Assembly (NCBI GenBank): GCA_964518475.1
Contig: CAZFGR010000002.1
Coordinates: 32,001-96,000 of the forward strand
Length of the DNA stretch: 64,000 nt
From: an uncultured Nitrososphaerota archaeon
GTDB lineage: Archaea; Asgardarchaeota; Njordarchaeia; Njordarchaeales; Njordarchaeaceae
Direction of reading: 5' to 3'
Shown here: positions 9,483-19,410 of the stretch, piece after piece
Layout of the letters: every line of letters starts with the position of its first letter
Position numbering within the stretch: position 1 is the stretch's first letter
The notes under the pieces: model-generated
What the model was told of the DNA's origin: nothing
The model's database searches: none
Seen by the model: only the letters and a program-made list of their open reading frames with translations
Made by a program: the position numbers and the translations under genes

Positions 9483-11045
9483 TTACTCGAACTCTATTGT
9501 TGCGGGTGGTTTATGAGTGATGTCGTAAACTACTCTATTTACCCCCTCAATCTCATTCGTGATCCTTCTAGCAACGTGCTCTAGAAAGTCCCATGGAAGC
9601 CTAGCAAACTCCGCTGTCATAGCGTCTTCGCTTTTAACAGCTCTAATAGCTACTATGTACTCATAGGATCTAGCATCTCCCTTCACTCCAACAGCCTTAG
9701 AATCGAGAACTACTGGAAATATCTGCCACAGATCATCATAGACTCCCCATTTCTTCGCCTCTTCCTCGACGATCTTATGTGCCTTTTTAGCAATCTCCAA
9801 TTTCTCCTTTGTTACCTCTCCAAGAATCCTCACCAATAATCCTGGGCCGGGGAACGGGTGACGGCCCCAAACATCCTTAGGAATTCCAAGAATTCTCGCT
9901 ATCTCTCTAACTTCGTCTTTATAGAAATCGGCTAGGGGCTCCAACTTTTTAAGGGCGGATATTCTCGGCATCACCACATTATGATGACTCTTAATCTTGT
10001 CCGTTGTTTTACCAGTTGCTCCGCTCTCAACCCTATCTGGATAAATAGTTCCCTGCGCTAAAAATTCAAACTTGCCAAACTTTTTCTCGAGCTCTTTAGC
10101 GGTTTCCTCAAGCGCTTCTGCATAGATACGGGAAAAAATCTTTCTTTTCTCCTCAGGATGCGCCACACCGATAAGATTTCTGAGAAATCTTTGCGAAGCG
10201 TCTACGTAGTGAACATTTTTAAATCCGAGACGTTTAAGCATGCTCAAAACCCACTCGGCTTCTCCTTCACGCATGAATCCCGTATTTATGAAGACTAGAT
10301 GAAGATTATCCCCTATAGCCTTGTGAATAAGCTTAGCAGCCACGGTAGAATCGACACCACCACTAGCAGCTAATAAAACACGAGAATTACCCACTATGCG
10401 TCTTATCTCCTCTATCTTCCTCTCAACAATATCCTTCATTACCCAGTTTCTTCTGAAACCGCATATATCTAGGAAATTATCTAGAATCTTTAACCCAAAC
10501 TCCGTATGCTTAACCTCAGGATGAAACTGAACCCCAAAGACTAGTTTGTCCAAGGATTCGTAAGCAGCTATGGGACAGTTCTCAGTTTTACCAATCACTT
10601 TAAAGCCTTTAGGCAGACCGGTGACAAGGTCTCCATGACTCATCCAGACCCTTACTCTCTTGGGCAAACCCCTAAGTAAAAGACTATCGCTTATAACCTC
10701 TAAGACTGCTGGACCATATTCCCTCTTCTCACTCTTCTCGACACGACCTCCGAATAAGTGAGCTAGCAATTGATGACCATAGCATATCCCTAGTATGGGA
10801 ATACTGTGTTCAACTAAGTAATTCAAGATATCGCTATCTAACCTAGGAGCATTATCCTCGTGAATACTTCTAGGACCTCCTGATAGTATTATCCCTCGAA
10901 TATCACCTTTCTCAAAGAGGGTTTCACTAATAGAATCCCAAGGAACTATCTCGGCTAAGACTTTAAGCTCCCTTACCCGTCTACAGATGAGATGAGTATA
11001 CTGTGAACCAAAATCCACTATCAAAAGTTTTTCTAAAAGAACCAT
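9483..11045 (-). CDS. guaA: GMP synthase (glutamine-hydrolysing), fused GATase and synthetase
   Basis: DFGSQY, GICYGHQ, QFHPEV, SGGVDS, IKSHHNV, HPFPGPGL, KPPATIEFE. Confidence 0.97.
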   Translation of the reverse strand: MVLLEKLLIVDFGSQYTHLICRRVRELKVLAEIVPWDSISETLFEKGDIRGIILSGGPRSIHEDNAPRLDSDILNYLVEHSIPILGICYGHQLLAHLFGGRVEKSEKREYGPAVLEVISDSLLLRGLPKRVRVWMSHGDLVTGLPKGFKVIGKTENCPIAAYESLDKLVFGVQFHPEVKHTEFGLKILDNFLDICGFRRNWVMKDIVERKIEEIRRIVGNSRVLLAASGGVDSTVAAKLIHKAIGDNLHLVFINTGFMREGEAEWVLSMLKRLGFKNVHYVDASQRFLRNLIGVAHPEEKRKIFSRIYAEALEETAKELEKKFGKFEFLAQGTIYPDRVESGATGKTTDKIKSHHNVVMPRISALKKLEPLADFYKDEVREIARILGIPKDVWGRHPFPGPGLLVRILGEVTKEKLEIAKKAHKIVEEEAKKWGVYDDLWQIFPVVLDSKAVGVKGDARSYEYIVAIRAVKSEDAMTAEFARLPWDFLEHVARRITNEIEGVNRVVYDITHKPPATIEFE

Positions 11046-11087
11046 CTAAATCACTCCAAAACTCGGAGATTCCGTAACCCTAACCAG

Positions 11088-11232
11088 TTAACATACTCAT
11101 TTACTAATTCTATGCAGTTGAAATACCACTAATAAATTTTTTTAACACAAAATTGTTAAAAGAAACAGATTGCTTAACAAATACGTGTTAAAAAATTATT
11201 TTATTGGGTATTATTTTTCATAAGTATGTTAA
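11088..11232. promoter_or_regulatory. Divergent guaA/purC control region with repeated TTAACA-N6-TGTTAA palindromes
   Basis: Perfect sites at 11142-11159 and 11174-11191; half-sites at 11088-11093 and 11227-11232, which sit within a 10-bp inverted pair TTAACATACT/AGTATGTTAA. Confidence 0.7.
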
Positions 11233-11257
11233 AAAGGAGTTGTTTTGGGTTTATCTC

Positions 11258-12007
11258 ATGAAAGTTCTCGCGCATAAAGTGAGGAAGTTAGAGCTTATTT
11301 ATGAGGGGAAAGCTAAGAGATTATATGCAACTGATGATCCCGAGAAAATTTTGATAGAGTTTAAGGATGATTTAACAGCTTTTAACGGCAAGAAACACGA
11401 TATTTTACAATCTAAGGGAATACTTAATGCGGCAATTACTAGCAAACTTTTCCAACTCCTAGAGAAAAAAGGTATCAGAACACATTTTATAGAGCAGGTT
11501 GATCCTAGAACAATTCTCGCCGAGAAACTCGATATGATTCCTCTAGAAGTTGTTTGTAGAAATATTGCTTATGGTAGTATCGTTAAACGTGTCCCCCTAT
11601 TCCAGCCAAAAGAAAAACTTAACACCCCCATCATCGAATTCTTCTTAAAAAATGATGCTTTAGGAGACCCCTTCCTTTCCGAAGAGCATATCCTCGCTCT
11701 CGGTATCTTGAAAGAGGAGGAATTAGCGGAGATAAAGAGAATAACAAGGAAGATAAATGATATTCTGAAAAGTTTTCTCAGTCAAGTAGGGATTATTTTA
11801 GTAGATTTTAAGGTTGAGTACGGGAAAAATTCTGAAAAAGAACTTGTTCTCGGTGACGAACTTACAGGAGACACCATGAGACTTTGGGATGCTAAAACAG
11901 GAGCGATTCTAGACAAGGATCTTTACCGCCAAGGAAAGCCACTCACGGAGGTTCTTCGAGCATATCAAGAATGTTATCGCAGGATAGTTCTAGGGGAGGT
12001 GTCCTAG
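11258..12007 (+). CDS. purC: SAICAR synthetase
   Basis: YEGKAK, FKDDLTAFNG, IPLEVVCRN, LVDFKVEYG, DELTGDTMRLWD; start moved to ATG 11258. Confidence 0.97.
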   Translation: MKVLAHKVRKLELIYEGKAKRLYATDDPEKILIEFKDDLTAFNGKKHDILQSKGILNAAITSKLFQLLEKKGIRTHFIEQVDPRTILAEKLDMIPLEVVCRNIAYGSIVKRVPLFQPKEKLNTPIIEFFLKNDALGDPFLSEEHILALGILKEEELAEIKRITRKINDILKSFLSQVGIILVDFKVEYGKNSEKELVLGDELTGDTMRLWDAKTGAILDKDLYRQGKPLTEVLRAYQECYRRIVLGEVS

Positions 12008-12009
12008 AT

Positions 12010-12276
12010 ATGCCTATTTATAAAGTAGAGGTGCTGATCACGAATAAACCTCTGGCAAAGGATCCAGAGGGGGAAACAATACACAGAGACTTGTTATTGA
12101 GGTCGGGTTTTTCCTGTGTTAAGAAGGTTAGAGTAGGCAAGCTCTTGATGATGGATATCGAGGCCGGTAGTGAGGAAGAGGCTAAAGAAAAAGCTTTCAA
12201 GGCATGCAACGATCTCCGCATCTATAACCCAGTAGCCCACACGTATAGGATAGAGATAAGGGGCGTTGAACAATGA
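12010..12276 (+). CDS. purS: FGAM synthase subunit PurS
   Basis: DPEGETI, VRVGK, NPV motifs; GGAGGTG SD before ATG 12010. Confidence 0.93.
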   Translation: MPIYKVEVLITNKPLAKDPEGETIHRDLLLRSGFSCVKKVRVGKLLMMDIEAGSEEEAKEKAFKACNDLRIYNPVAHTYRIEIRGVEQ

Positions 12277-12989
12277 ATTTACGCGTAGCAGTCCTAAAAT
12301 TCCCTGGATCAAACTGCGACCTAGACGTTGTCCACGTGCTCAGAAATGTTATCGGTATTCACGCCGAGCTAGTTTGGCATAAAGAATTTACCTCCAATGA
12401 TTGGGATGCCGTTATTCTACCTGGTGGGTTTTCTTATGGGGATTACTTAAGAGCAGGGATAATCGCTGCTCATAGTCCAGCAATGAAACATGTAAAGGAG
12501 ATGGCTAAGGAAGGAAAACCCGTTTTAGGAATATGTAATGGTTTTCAGATACTGGTAGAAGCTGGACTGTTACCAGGTTCTCTTCTCCCTAACAATACGC
12601 TCACTTTCATATGTAAATGGGTCAATATCCGCACCGAAACAAATAGAACCGCCTTTACTCGAAAGATTAAGCCTGGGACAGTTCTCAAGATCCCGATAGC
12701 TCATAAGGAAGGAAGGTACTATATTGATGAGAAGGAGTTGCGAGAGCTTGAAGAGAATGACCAGATAGTATTCCGATACTGTGATGAGAACGGTAATCTC
12801 TCCGAGGATGCGAATCCGAACGGTTCTATAGGGAATATTGCGGGTGTAACAAACCTCGAAGGAAACGTCGTTGGTTTGATGCCTCATCCAGAAAGAGCTT
12901 CTGAGAAAATACTTAGTCCGTACGGAACAGAGGATGGGAAATTACTCTTTCTCTCAATGGTAGAGACCCTCAGGAGGGGTGCTTTATGA
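12273..12989 (+). CDS. purQ: FGAM synthase glutaminase subunit
   Basis: FPGSNCD, PGGFSYGDYLRAG, GICNGFQIL, MPHPER. Confidence 0.97.
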   Translation: MNLRVAVLKFPGSNCDLDVVHVLRNVIGIHAELVWHKEFTSNDWDAVILPGGFSYGDYLRAGIIAAHSPAMKHVKEMAKEGKPVLGICNGFQILVEAGLLPGSLLPNNTLTFICKWVNIRTETNRTAFTRKIKPGTVLKIPIAHKEGRYYIDEKELRELEENDQIVFRYCDENGNLSEDANPNGSIGNIAGVTNLEGNVVGLMPHPERASEKILSPYGTEDGKLLFLSMVETLRRGAL

Positions 12990-15196
12990 TCCCAGAATAT
13001 GTCAGCTTGACAGAGGAGGAAGTAAGGCTTATCAGGGAGAAACTTGGTAGGGAACCTAATCTCGTGGAATGGGGAATGTTTGATGTTATGTGGAGCGAGC
13101 ATATCTCTTACAAATCCTCGAAACCTCTCATAAAACTATTACCGACAAAAGCTGATTACGTTATAGTAGGCCCTGGCCAAGACGCTGGCGTGATCGATAT
13201 TGGTGATGGATACGCAATAGTTCTCAAGATAGAGTCTCATAACCACCCATCCGCTATTGATCCATATAACGGTGCAGCTACTGGGGTTGGTGGAATCATC
13301 AGGGATATACTGGCCATGGGTGGGAAACCAATAGCTCTTCTAGACTCTCTCAGGTTCGGTCCTCCAACAGATCCTCACTGTGTATGGCTTCTGAAAAATG
13401 TTGTTCGTGGGATAGCTGATTATGGAAACTGTATAGGTGTACCCACGGTAGCGGGAGAAGTAGAGTTTGATGAGAGTTTTAGAGTGAACTGTCTCGTAAA
13501 TGTTGGTTGTGTAGGTTTAGCGAGAAAAGATCATATAATCCCGAGTAGGTTCATTGATGAGGGAGACTTAATAATAGTGGTTGGTGGATCAACTGGAAGA
13601 GATGGAATAAGAGGAGCTAGTTTTGCATCAAAAACGCTCGGACCAGAATCTGAAAGCGATAGACCAGCTGTTCAGGTAGGAGATCCATTCACAGAAAAAC
13701 TGCTTATAGATGCGATGGTGGAGGCTATTGAGAAGGGATATATCAAGGCAGCAAAGGATCTTGGTGGAGGAGGACTAACATGCGCAGTAACCGAGATGGC
13801 CGCTGATGGTGATAAAGGTGTCGAGATCGAGATCTCTAATCTCCATCTCAGAGAGGAAGGTATGACTCCCTATGAAATAATGCTTAGTGAGTCCCAGGAA
13901 AGGATGCTTATCTCTATTCATCCAAAGAACCTTGAGAATGTGAAAAGGATCTTTGAGAAATACGATTTACCCTACGCTATTCTGGGTAAAGTAACGAATA
14001 CGGGAAGAGTAATTGTGAAGTTTCATGGTGAAGTCGTGGCTGATCTCCCAGCAAAACTAGTGGCAAAAGCGCCAGTTATTGAGAGAAAAGCTAGAAAACC
14101 AGAATATATAGATGAGTTGAGGAAGATAGAAAAACCGGAACAACCAGATGATCTATCAGATACTATTCTCCGACTCCTCTCGTCTCCCAATATAGCTTCT
14201 AAGGCCTGGGTATACACGCAATACGATCACGAAGTAGGTGTTAGAACCGTAGTTAAGCCGGGTCAAGGAGATGCTGCGGTTTTGAGGATTCATGAAATTG
14301 AAAAAGCTGTAGGAATTACAATAGATGGTAATTCTAAACATACTTATCTTGATCCATATAATGGAGCCGCTGGCTCTCTAGCTGAGGCTTGTAGAAACTT
14401 GGTTGCTGTTGGGGCTAAGCCTTTAGCATTTGTGGATGAAGCCAATTTTGGAAATCCTGAAAAACCAGAAATCTTCTGGCAATTCTCTCAAGCATTCCAT
14501 GGCTTATCCATGATGGCTAAGGGACTAAACATTCCCTGCGTAGGAGGAAAAGTAAGCTTCTATAACGAGGACGAGACCACGGGAACCAGTGTTAAACCCA
14601 CCATGGTAATCGCAGCTGTTGGAATAATCGAAACCTATAACTGGATAAGAACAATGGATCTTAAAGAGCCGGGAAATCTCATAGGAATTGTTGGAGTAAC
14701 AAAGGGAGATATGGGTGGCTCTGAGTATTACTATTGGATACACAAGATTGTTGGTGGGGAACCGCCTAAAGCTGATCCGTATCTAGAGAAGTCCTCGATG
14801 AACTTCGTTCTAGAAGGCATTAAGAGAGGATATATTGTATCTGCCCACGATATCTCGCATGGAGGATTCGCTACAGCGATCTGCGAAATGGCTGTAAAAG
14901 GAAATAAGGGAGTTATCATAGACTTAGAAAAGATTCCTCACGAGAAAGGATTGAGACTCGATGAAATATTGTTCTCCGAGAGCTATGCAAGATTCCTTGT
15001 AGAGATTAGACGAGATTCTGTCAAAGATCTCATTAAACTAGCTCGTGAAAAATCCGCCATCTTTGGATTAATAGGTAGAGTCACAAGTGAAAAGAATGTA
15101 GTAATGCATTACGGAGAGAAAAAGATCGTTCTAAACCTAAGAGATGCTAGAGACTCTCTAGAGAATGGTTTAAAGAAGCATCTGAGAGGTGTTTAG
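12986..15196 (+). CDS. purL: FGAM synthase large subunit
   Basis: MWSEH, ESHNHPS, GAATGVGGIIRD, DLGGGG, LSESQERM, NFGNPEKPE. Confidence 0.98.
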   Translation: MIPEYVSLTEEEVRLIREKLGREPNLVEWGMFDVMWSEHISYKSSKPLIKLLPTKADYVIVGPGQDAGVIDIGDGYAIVLKIESHNHPSAIDPYNGAATGVGGIIRDILAMGGKPIALLDSLRFGPPTDPHCVWLLKNVVRGIADYGNCIGVPTVAGEVEFDESFRVNCLVNVGCVGLARKDHIIPSRFIDEGDLIIVVGGSTGRDGIRGASFASKTLGPESESDRPAVQVGDPFTEKLLIDAMVEAIEKGYIKAAKDLGGGGLTCAVTEMAADGDKGVEIEISNLHLREEGMTPYEIMLSESQERMLISIHPKNLENVKRIFEKYDLPYAILGKVTNTGRVIVKFHGEVVADLPAKLVAKAPVIERKARKPEYIDELRKIEKPEQPDDLSDTILRLLSSPNIASKAWVYTQYDHEVGVRTVVKPGQGDAAVLRIHEIEKAVGITIDGNSKHTYLDPYNGAAGSLAEACRNLVAVGAKPLAFVDEANFGNPEKPEIFWQFSQAFHGLSMMAKGLNIPCVGGKVSFYNEDETTGTSVKPTMVIAAVGIIETYNWIRTMDLKEPGNLIGIVGVTKGDMGGSEYYYWIHKIVGGEPPKADPYLEKSSMNFVLEGIKRGYIVSAHDISHGGFATAICEMAVKGNKGVIIDLEKIPHEKGLRLDEILFSESYARFLVEIRRDSVKDLIKLAREKSAIFGLIGRVTSEKNVVMHYGEKKIVLNLRDARDSLENGLKKHLRGV

Positions 15197-15198
15197 TC

Positions 15199-16611
15199 TT
15201 GCTCAAGGAGAAATGTGGAGTCATAGCTATTTTTGACCATTCTGGTAAGAATGTTGCTAAGGATCTCTACGAGGGATTAATTGCGCTTCAGCATAGAGGA
15301 CAAGAGAGTGCTGGGGTCGCAACCTCTAACGGGGAATCTATAGCCTTTGTTAAAGGCCTAGGACTGGTGACAGAAGCTATCAAGATTTACCAATTGGATT
15401 ATCTGAATGGTTTTGCAGGAATAGGTCACGTTCGTTACAGCACAACTGGTGAAATCTCTATTAGGGATACTCAACCGCTAATATATTATATTAATGAAGA
15501 AATATATTTTGCTATAGCGTTTAATGGAACAATTTCTAATTATTACAAACTTAAAAAGAAGCTATCCAAGAATGGTTTTGAGTTCTATACCGATACAGAT
15601 ACAGAAGTTCTAGCCGCACTAATTTCGTATTATTGGCGTGAGACTAGGGATTTCTTCGAAGCCTTGAAAGAGTCAGTGAAGAGTATTGAGGGAGCTTATT
15701 CATTAGTATTGCTGACTAATAATGGTGAATTATACGCTATGCGTGATCCTCTCGGTTTTAAACCACTGGTTCTTGGAGAGAAAAACGAGAGATTAATTAT
15801 AGCTTCTGAAAGCGCGGCTGTAGAGAGTATTAAGGGTCGTTTTCTCAGAGATGTTGAGCCGGGAGAGATCATAAGCATCTCCGACGGTACTGTTACAAGG
15901 AAAGTTGTTATAAGAAGAGACAAGAGAGCCCATTGCATGTTCGAGTATGTTTATTTTTCCCGCCCAGACTCCGTTATCAATGGTCGATTGGTATATGATG
16001 TCAGGTTTAAACTCGGAGAAACTTTGGCCAGACTCTACCCAGTTGACGCTGATATAATAGTTCCCGTACCAGACACCGGAGTAATAGCTGCTCTAGGATA
16101 CTCAAAAGTTTCCGGTATCCCCGTGGCGATGGGGCTTATCAGGAATCCGTACGTGGGTAGGACATTCATAAAGCCGAAGCAGAATCTACGAGAGCTATCT
16201 GTGCAGTTAAAGCTAGGGGCCGTTAAAGATGTTGTCGCTGGAAAAAGCATTGTTTTGATCGATGATAGTATTGTACGGGGAACCACTATTAAATGGATTA
16301 TAAAGTTGTTAAGAAGTGCTGGGGCTCGGGAAATCCATGTAAGGATTACGTGTCCTCCAATAAGATACCCCTGCTACATGGGTATAGATTTCCCTATGAG
16401 GAGGGAACTCATCGCCGCTAATCATAGTGTAGATGAGATTAGAGAAATTATTGGTGCTGATTCTCTTGGTTACATGACTATTGAAGGGCTTGTCAAAGCT
16501 ATTGGGTTAGGTGAGAATAGGTTATGTCTAGCCTGTCTCACTGGGAAGTACCCTATTAAGGGGATCCAAATCCCCATTCTAGAAAAAGTTTTTGGGAGGG
16601 AACAGATATGA
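15199..16611 (+). CDS. purF: Amidophosphoribosyltransferase (Fe-S type, short propeptide before catalytic Cys)
   Basis: MLKEK-CGV, LQHRGQESAG, GHVRYST, DDSIVRGTT, four Fe-S cysteines. Confidence 0.96.
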   Translation: MLKEKCGVIAIFDHSGKNVAKDLYEGLIALQHRGQESAGVATSNGESIAFVKGLGLVTEAIKIYQLDYLNGFAGIGHVRYSTTGEISIRDTQPLIYYINEEIYFAIAFNGTISNYYKLKKKLSKNGFEFYTDTDTEVLAALISYYWRETRDFFEALKESVKSIEGAYSLVLLTNNGELYAMRDPLGFKPLVLGEKNERLIIASESAAVESIKGRFLRDVEPGEIISISDGTVTRKVVIRRDKRAHCMFEYVYFSRPDSVINGRLVYDVRFKLGETLARLYPVDADIIVPVPDTGVIAALGYSKVSGIPVAMGLIRNPYVGRTFIKPKQNLRELSVQLKLGAVKDVVAGKSIVLIDDSIVRGTTIKWIIKLLRSAGAREIHVRITCPPIRYPCYMGIDFPMRRELIAANHSVDEIREIIGADSLGYMTIEGLVKAIGLGENRLCLACLTGKYPIKGIQIPILEKVFGREQI

Positions 16612-17921
16612 GCGGTTTGATAGGTATTTTCGCCTTCGACGAATTATGGAACGTGTCCCGTATACTTTATTATGGCCTACTCGGCCTACAACATAGGGGA
16701 CAAGAAAACGCTGGAATAGCCACCTCGAATGGAGAGACTATCCAAGTATTTAAGGGAGAAGGATTAGTTGAGCAAGTATTTCGCGAAAAGATCCTTATGG
16801 AACTGCGTGGATGGTACGGTATTGGAGCTGTCAGTGCTGATCCTAACGATAAACAACCAGTAATGGTAAGTGATGATTCCAAGCAAGTAGCTCTTGTATT
16901 TTCCGGAAAAATATTGAATAAACAAGAACTAGCGGCGAAGTATAATGTTAATACAGAGCTTATTGATGCTGATTTCGTAGCTACATGTCTACTTAAAGAG
17001 TATAGTGAGACCAGAGATTTCTACGAGGCTGGATTGAACCTAGTTAAAAATCTGAGAGGAATAAGCAATATCATCGCGATTAATAATGCGGGCGAGATGA
17101 TAGTTTATAGGGATGAATTCGGCCTGAAGCCTCTCGTAGTAGGTAGTTTTGGGTTTGATTACGGAGCTTTCGCATCCGAGAGCTGTGCCATAGACGTTAT
17201 TGGTGCTGACCTGAAAGGTGATGTTCATCCTGGGGAATTCTATTACCTCAACCAATACACTGTAGAAAGAAAACAAGTTAAGGAGCCTCGTCCAAAGTAT
17301 TGTGCTTACGAATATGTATACTTAGCGAGACCCGATTCAAGGATAAACGGTGTTTGGATCTATGATGTCCGGAGAAAAATTGGTGAGATTCTTGCTGAGA
17401 AGTATAGAGTAGATGCTGATGTGGTTGTGGGGATTCCAGATACAGCTATACCATTCTCGATGGCGTATGCCAATAAGACGAATACCCCTGTTGAACTCGG
17501 TTTTATATCAACTGGTAGGAAGATTAGGACGGCTATAAAGCCTAACCAATTCGAGAGATTAATCGGTGTACAATTGAAGCTTAATCCTATAAAACCAGTT
17601 TTCAGGAATAAGAGAGTTCTGATTATAGATGATAGCGTTGTTAGGGGCACGACTACAAAGAATACTGTTTCACTTCTAAGGAATAGGATAGGTGCGAAGG
17701 AAGTTCATATCCGGGTCGGAAGCCCTAGGATAGTGAGCGGATGTCCCTACGGGGTAGAGATTCCACCAGAGGATGAGTTAATAGCTGCTCATTTGAGTGA
17801 AGAAGAAGTAGCTACTGTGGTTGGTGCTGATTCTTTCTGCTGGATAACGAATGATGATTTGGTTAAGGCAATTGGTTTGAGAAAAGAGAATATCTGTTTG
17901 AAATGTTTTGGAGGTGAATAA
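16608..17921 (+). CDS. PurF paralog lacking glutaminase catalytic residues
   Basis: N-terminus MSG (no Cys), GHVRYST replaced by GAVSA; LQHRGQE, DDSVVRGTT and Fe-S cysteines retained. Confidence 0.88.
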   Translation: MSGLIGIFAFDELWNVSRILYYGLLGLQHRGQENAGIATSNGETIQVFKGEGLVEQVFREKILMELRGWYGIGAVSADPNDKQPVMVSDDSKQVALVFSGKILNKQELAAKYNVNTELIDADFVATCLLKEYSETRDFYEAGLNLVKNLRGISNIIAINNAGEMIVYRDEFGLKPLVVGSFGFDYGAFASESCAIDVIGADLKGDVHPGEFYYLNQYTVERKQVKEPRPKYCAYEYVYLARPDSRINGVWIYDVRRKIGEILAEKYRVDADVVVGIPDTAIPFSMAYANKTNTPVELGFISTGRKIRTAIKPNQFERLIGVQLKLNPIKPVFRNKRVLIIDDSVVRGTTTKNTVSLLRNRIGAKEVHIRVGSPRIVSGCPYGVEIPPEDELIAAHLSEEEVATVVGADSFCWITNDDLVKAIGLRKENICLKCFGGE

Positions 17922-17924
17922 GTC

Positions 17925-19400
17925 GTGAAAGTCTTGATCGTGGGTGGAGGATCTCGAGAACATGCCATAACGGATGCATTTTATAGAAGCACTCATGATC
18001 CAAGGATCTACGCAATCTCCAGCAACGCCAATCCAGGAATCCTAAGAATATGTAAAGAAACTGGAGGAGAACTAATAAAAGGAAAAATAACAGACCCTGT
18101 ATTCGTTGCTGACACCGCAGAAAGAATAGGTGCTGATCTAGTCTTTATCGGTCCCGAAGAGCCCTTATTCCATGGAGTACCAGACAAACTAGAAAATCGG
18201 GGGATACCAGTTATCGGTTTAAATAGTAAGGCTAGTGAGATAGAGAAGTCCAAAGCCTTTATGAGACAATTAATGTGGAAGTACAAGATCCCCGGAAGAC
18301 TAAGATTTAAGGCCTTCAAATCCATCGAAGATGCACTCGCATATATAGAGGAGTATGCTGAAAGCGTAGCTATTAAACCAGCTAGACAAGCTGGTGGAAA
18401 AGGAGTTAAGGTAATAGCGGATATCCAAGCCTATCTCCGAAAAGTCAAGGAGGAGATAAAGAAGAAACATACGGAGAGAATATTTTCCAGTATAATGGCT
18501 AAGTACAGGGATATAGAGGATAAAATCCTAATAGAGGAGAAAGTGGAGGGGCCAGAGTATACAATACAATGCATAACAGATGGTGAAACAGTCCTAGCAT
18601 TCCCACCAGTTCAGGATAATAAGCACGCCTTTGAGATGGAGATGGGGCCCGAGACTGGTGGAATGGGTTCTATTTCTGGTCGCGGAAACATGCTCCCATT
18701 CCTGACTAAGGAGGAGTATAGGGAATCTATAAAGATAATAGAGAGTGTCGTTAAGGCTCTTAGGAAAGAGATTGGTCAGGAGTTTAGAGGCGTGATCTCT
18801 GGGCAAATGATGCTTACAATGGTGTGGGGGCCAACAATAATAGAGTTCTATGCGCGTTTCGGAGATCCTGAGGGCGTGAATGTTCTCCCATTACTAGAAA
18901 CTGATATGATTGATATCTGTGAAGCTATTCTGAGTAAGAAGCTCCACAAAATCAAACTACGGTTTAGGGATAGGGCGACAGTGGTTAAGGCGATAGCTCC
19001 TAGAGGGTATCCAAATAGGAGAGATCTAGCTAGGAATCATCCATTGATTGTTGATGAGGATAAAATAGGGAAGCTTGGTGGACGAGTCTTTTATGGTTCC
19101 GTAGATCTTGTCAATGGTAAAATGCTGACTGGTGGATCTAGGGCTGTGGAAATTTATGCTGAGGGCGAATCTATCGAAGAGGCTGCTGAAATAGCTGAGA
19201 AGTGCGTAGCTTTCGTGCGAACCGAGGATGGTTGGGGATTATTCCACCGAAGCGATATCGGATCCCCCTTCTCTCTTAGGAGAATGATTGAATTGGCCGA
19301 ACTTGTTCGTTCTGTTTACACTTATCGTAAATCTCGTGGCATTCTCGGCAAATATATTGATTGGATTCCCGGTCGTGGAAAAATTGTTTATGAATTCTAG
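17925..19400 (+). CDS. purD: Phosphoribosylamine-glycine ligase
   Basis: GGGSREHA, IGPEEPL, AGGKGV, GPETGGMG, ARFGDPE; C-terminal extension. Confidence 0.96.
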   Translation: MKVLIVGGGSREHAITDAFYRSTHDPRIYAISSNANPGILRICKETGGELIKGKITDPVFVADTAERIGADLVFIGPEEPLFHGVPDKLENRGIPVIGLNSKASEIEKSKAFMRQLMWKYKIPGRLRFKAFKSIEDALAYIEEYAESVAIKPARQAGGKGVKVIADIQAYLRKVKEEIKKKHTERIFSSIMAKYRDIEDKILIEEKVEGPEYTIQCITDGETVLAFPPVQDNKHAFEMEMGPETGGMGSISGRGNMLPFLTKEEYRESIKIIESVVKALRKEIGQEFRGVISGQMMLTMVWGPTIIEFYARFGDPEGVNVLPLLETDMIDICEAILSKKLHKIKLRFRDRATVVKAIAPRGYPNRRDLARNHPLIVDEDKIGKLGGRVFYGSVDLVNGKMLTGGSRAVEIYAEGESIEEAAEIAEKCVAFVRTEDGWGLFHRSDIGSPFSLRRMIELAELVRSVYTYRKSRGILGKYIDWIPGRGKIVYEF

Positions 19401-19410
19401 GTGGTGGATT

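Noticed and set aside
11046-11257. Purine or ZMP riboswitch upstream of purC/guaA
   Set aside because: The region is very AT-rich with no aptamer consensus; the symmetry fits DNA operators better
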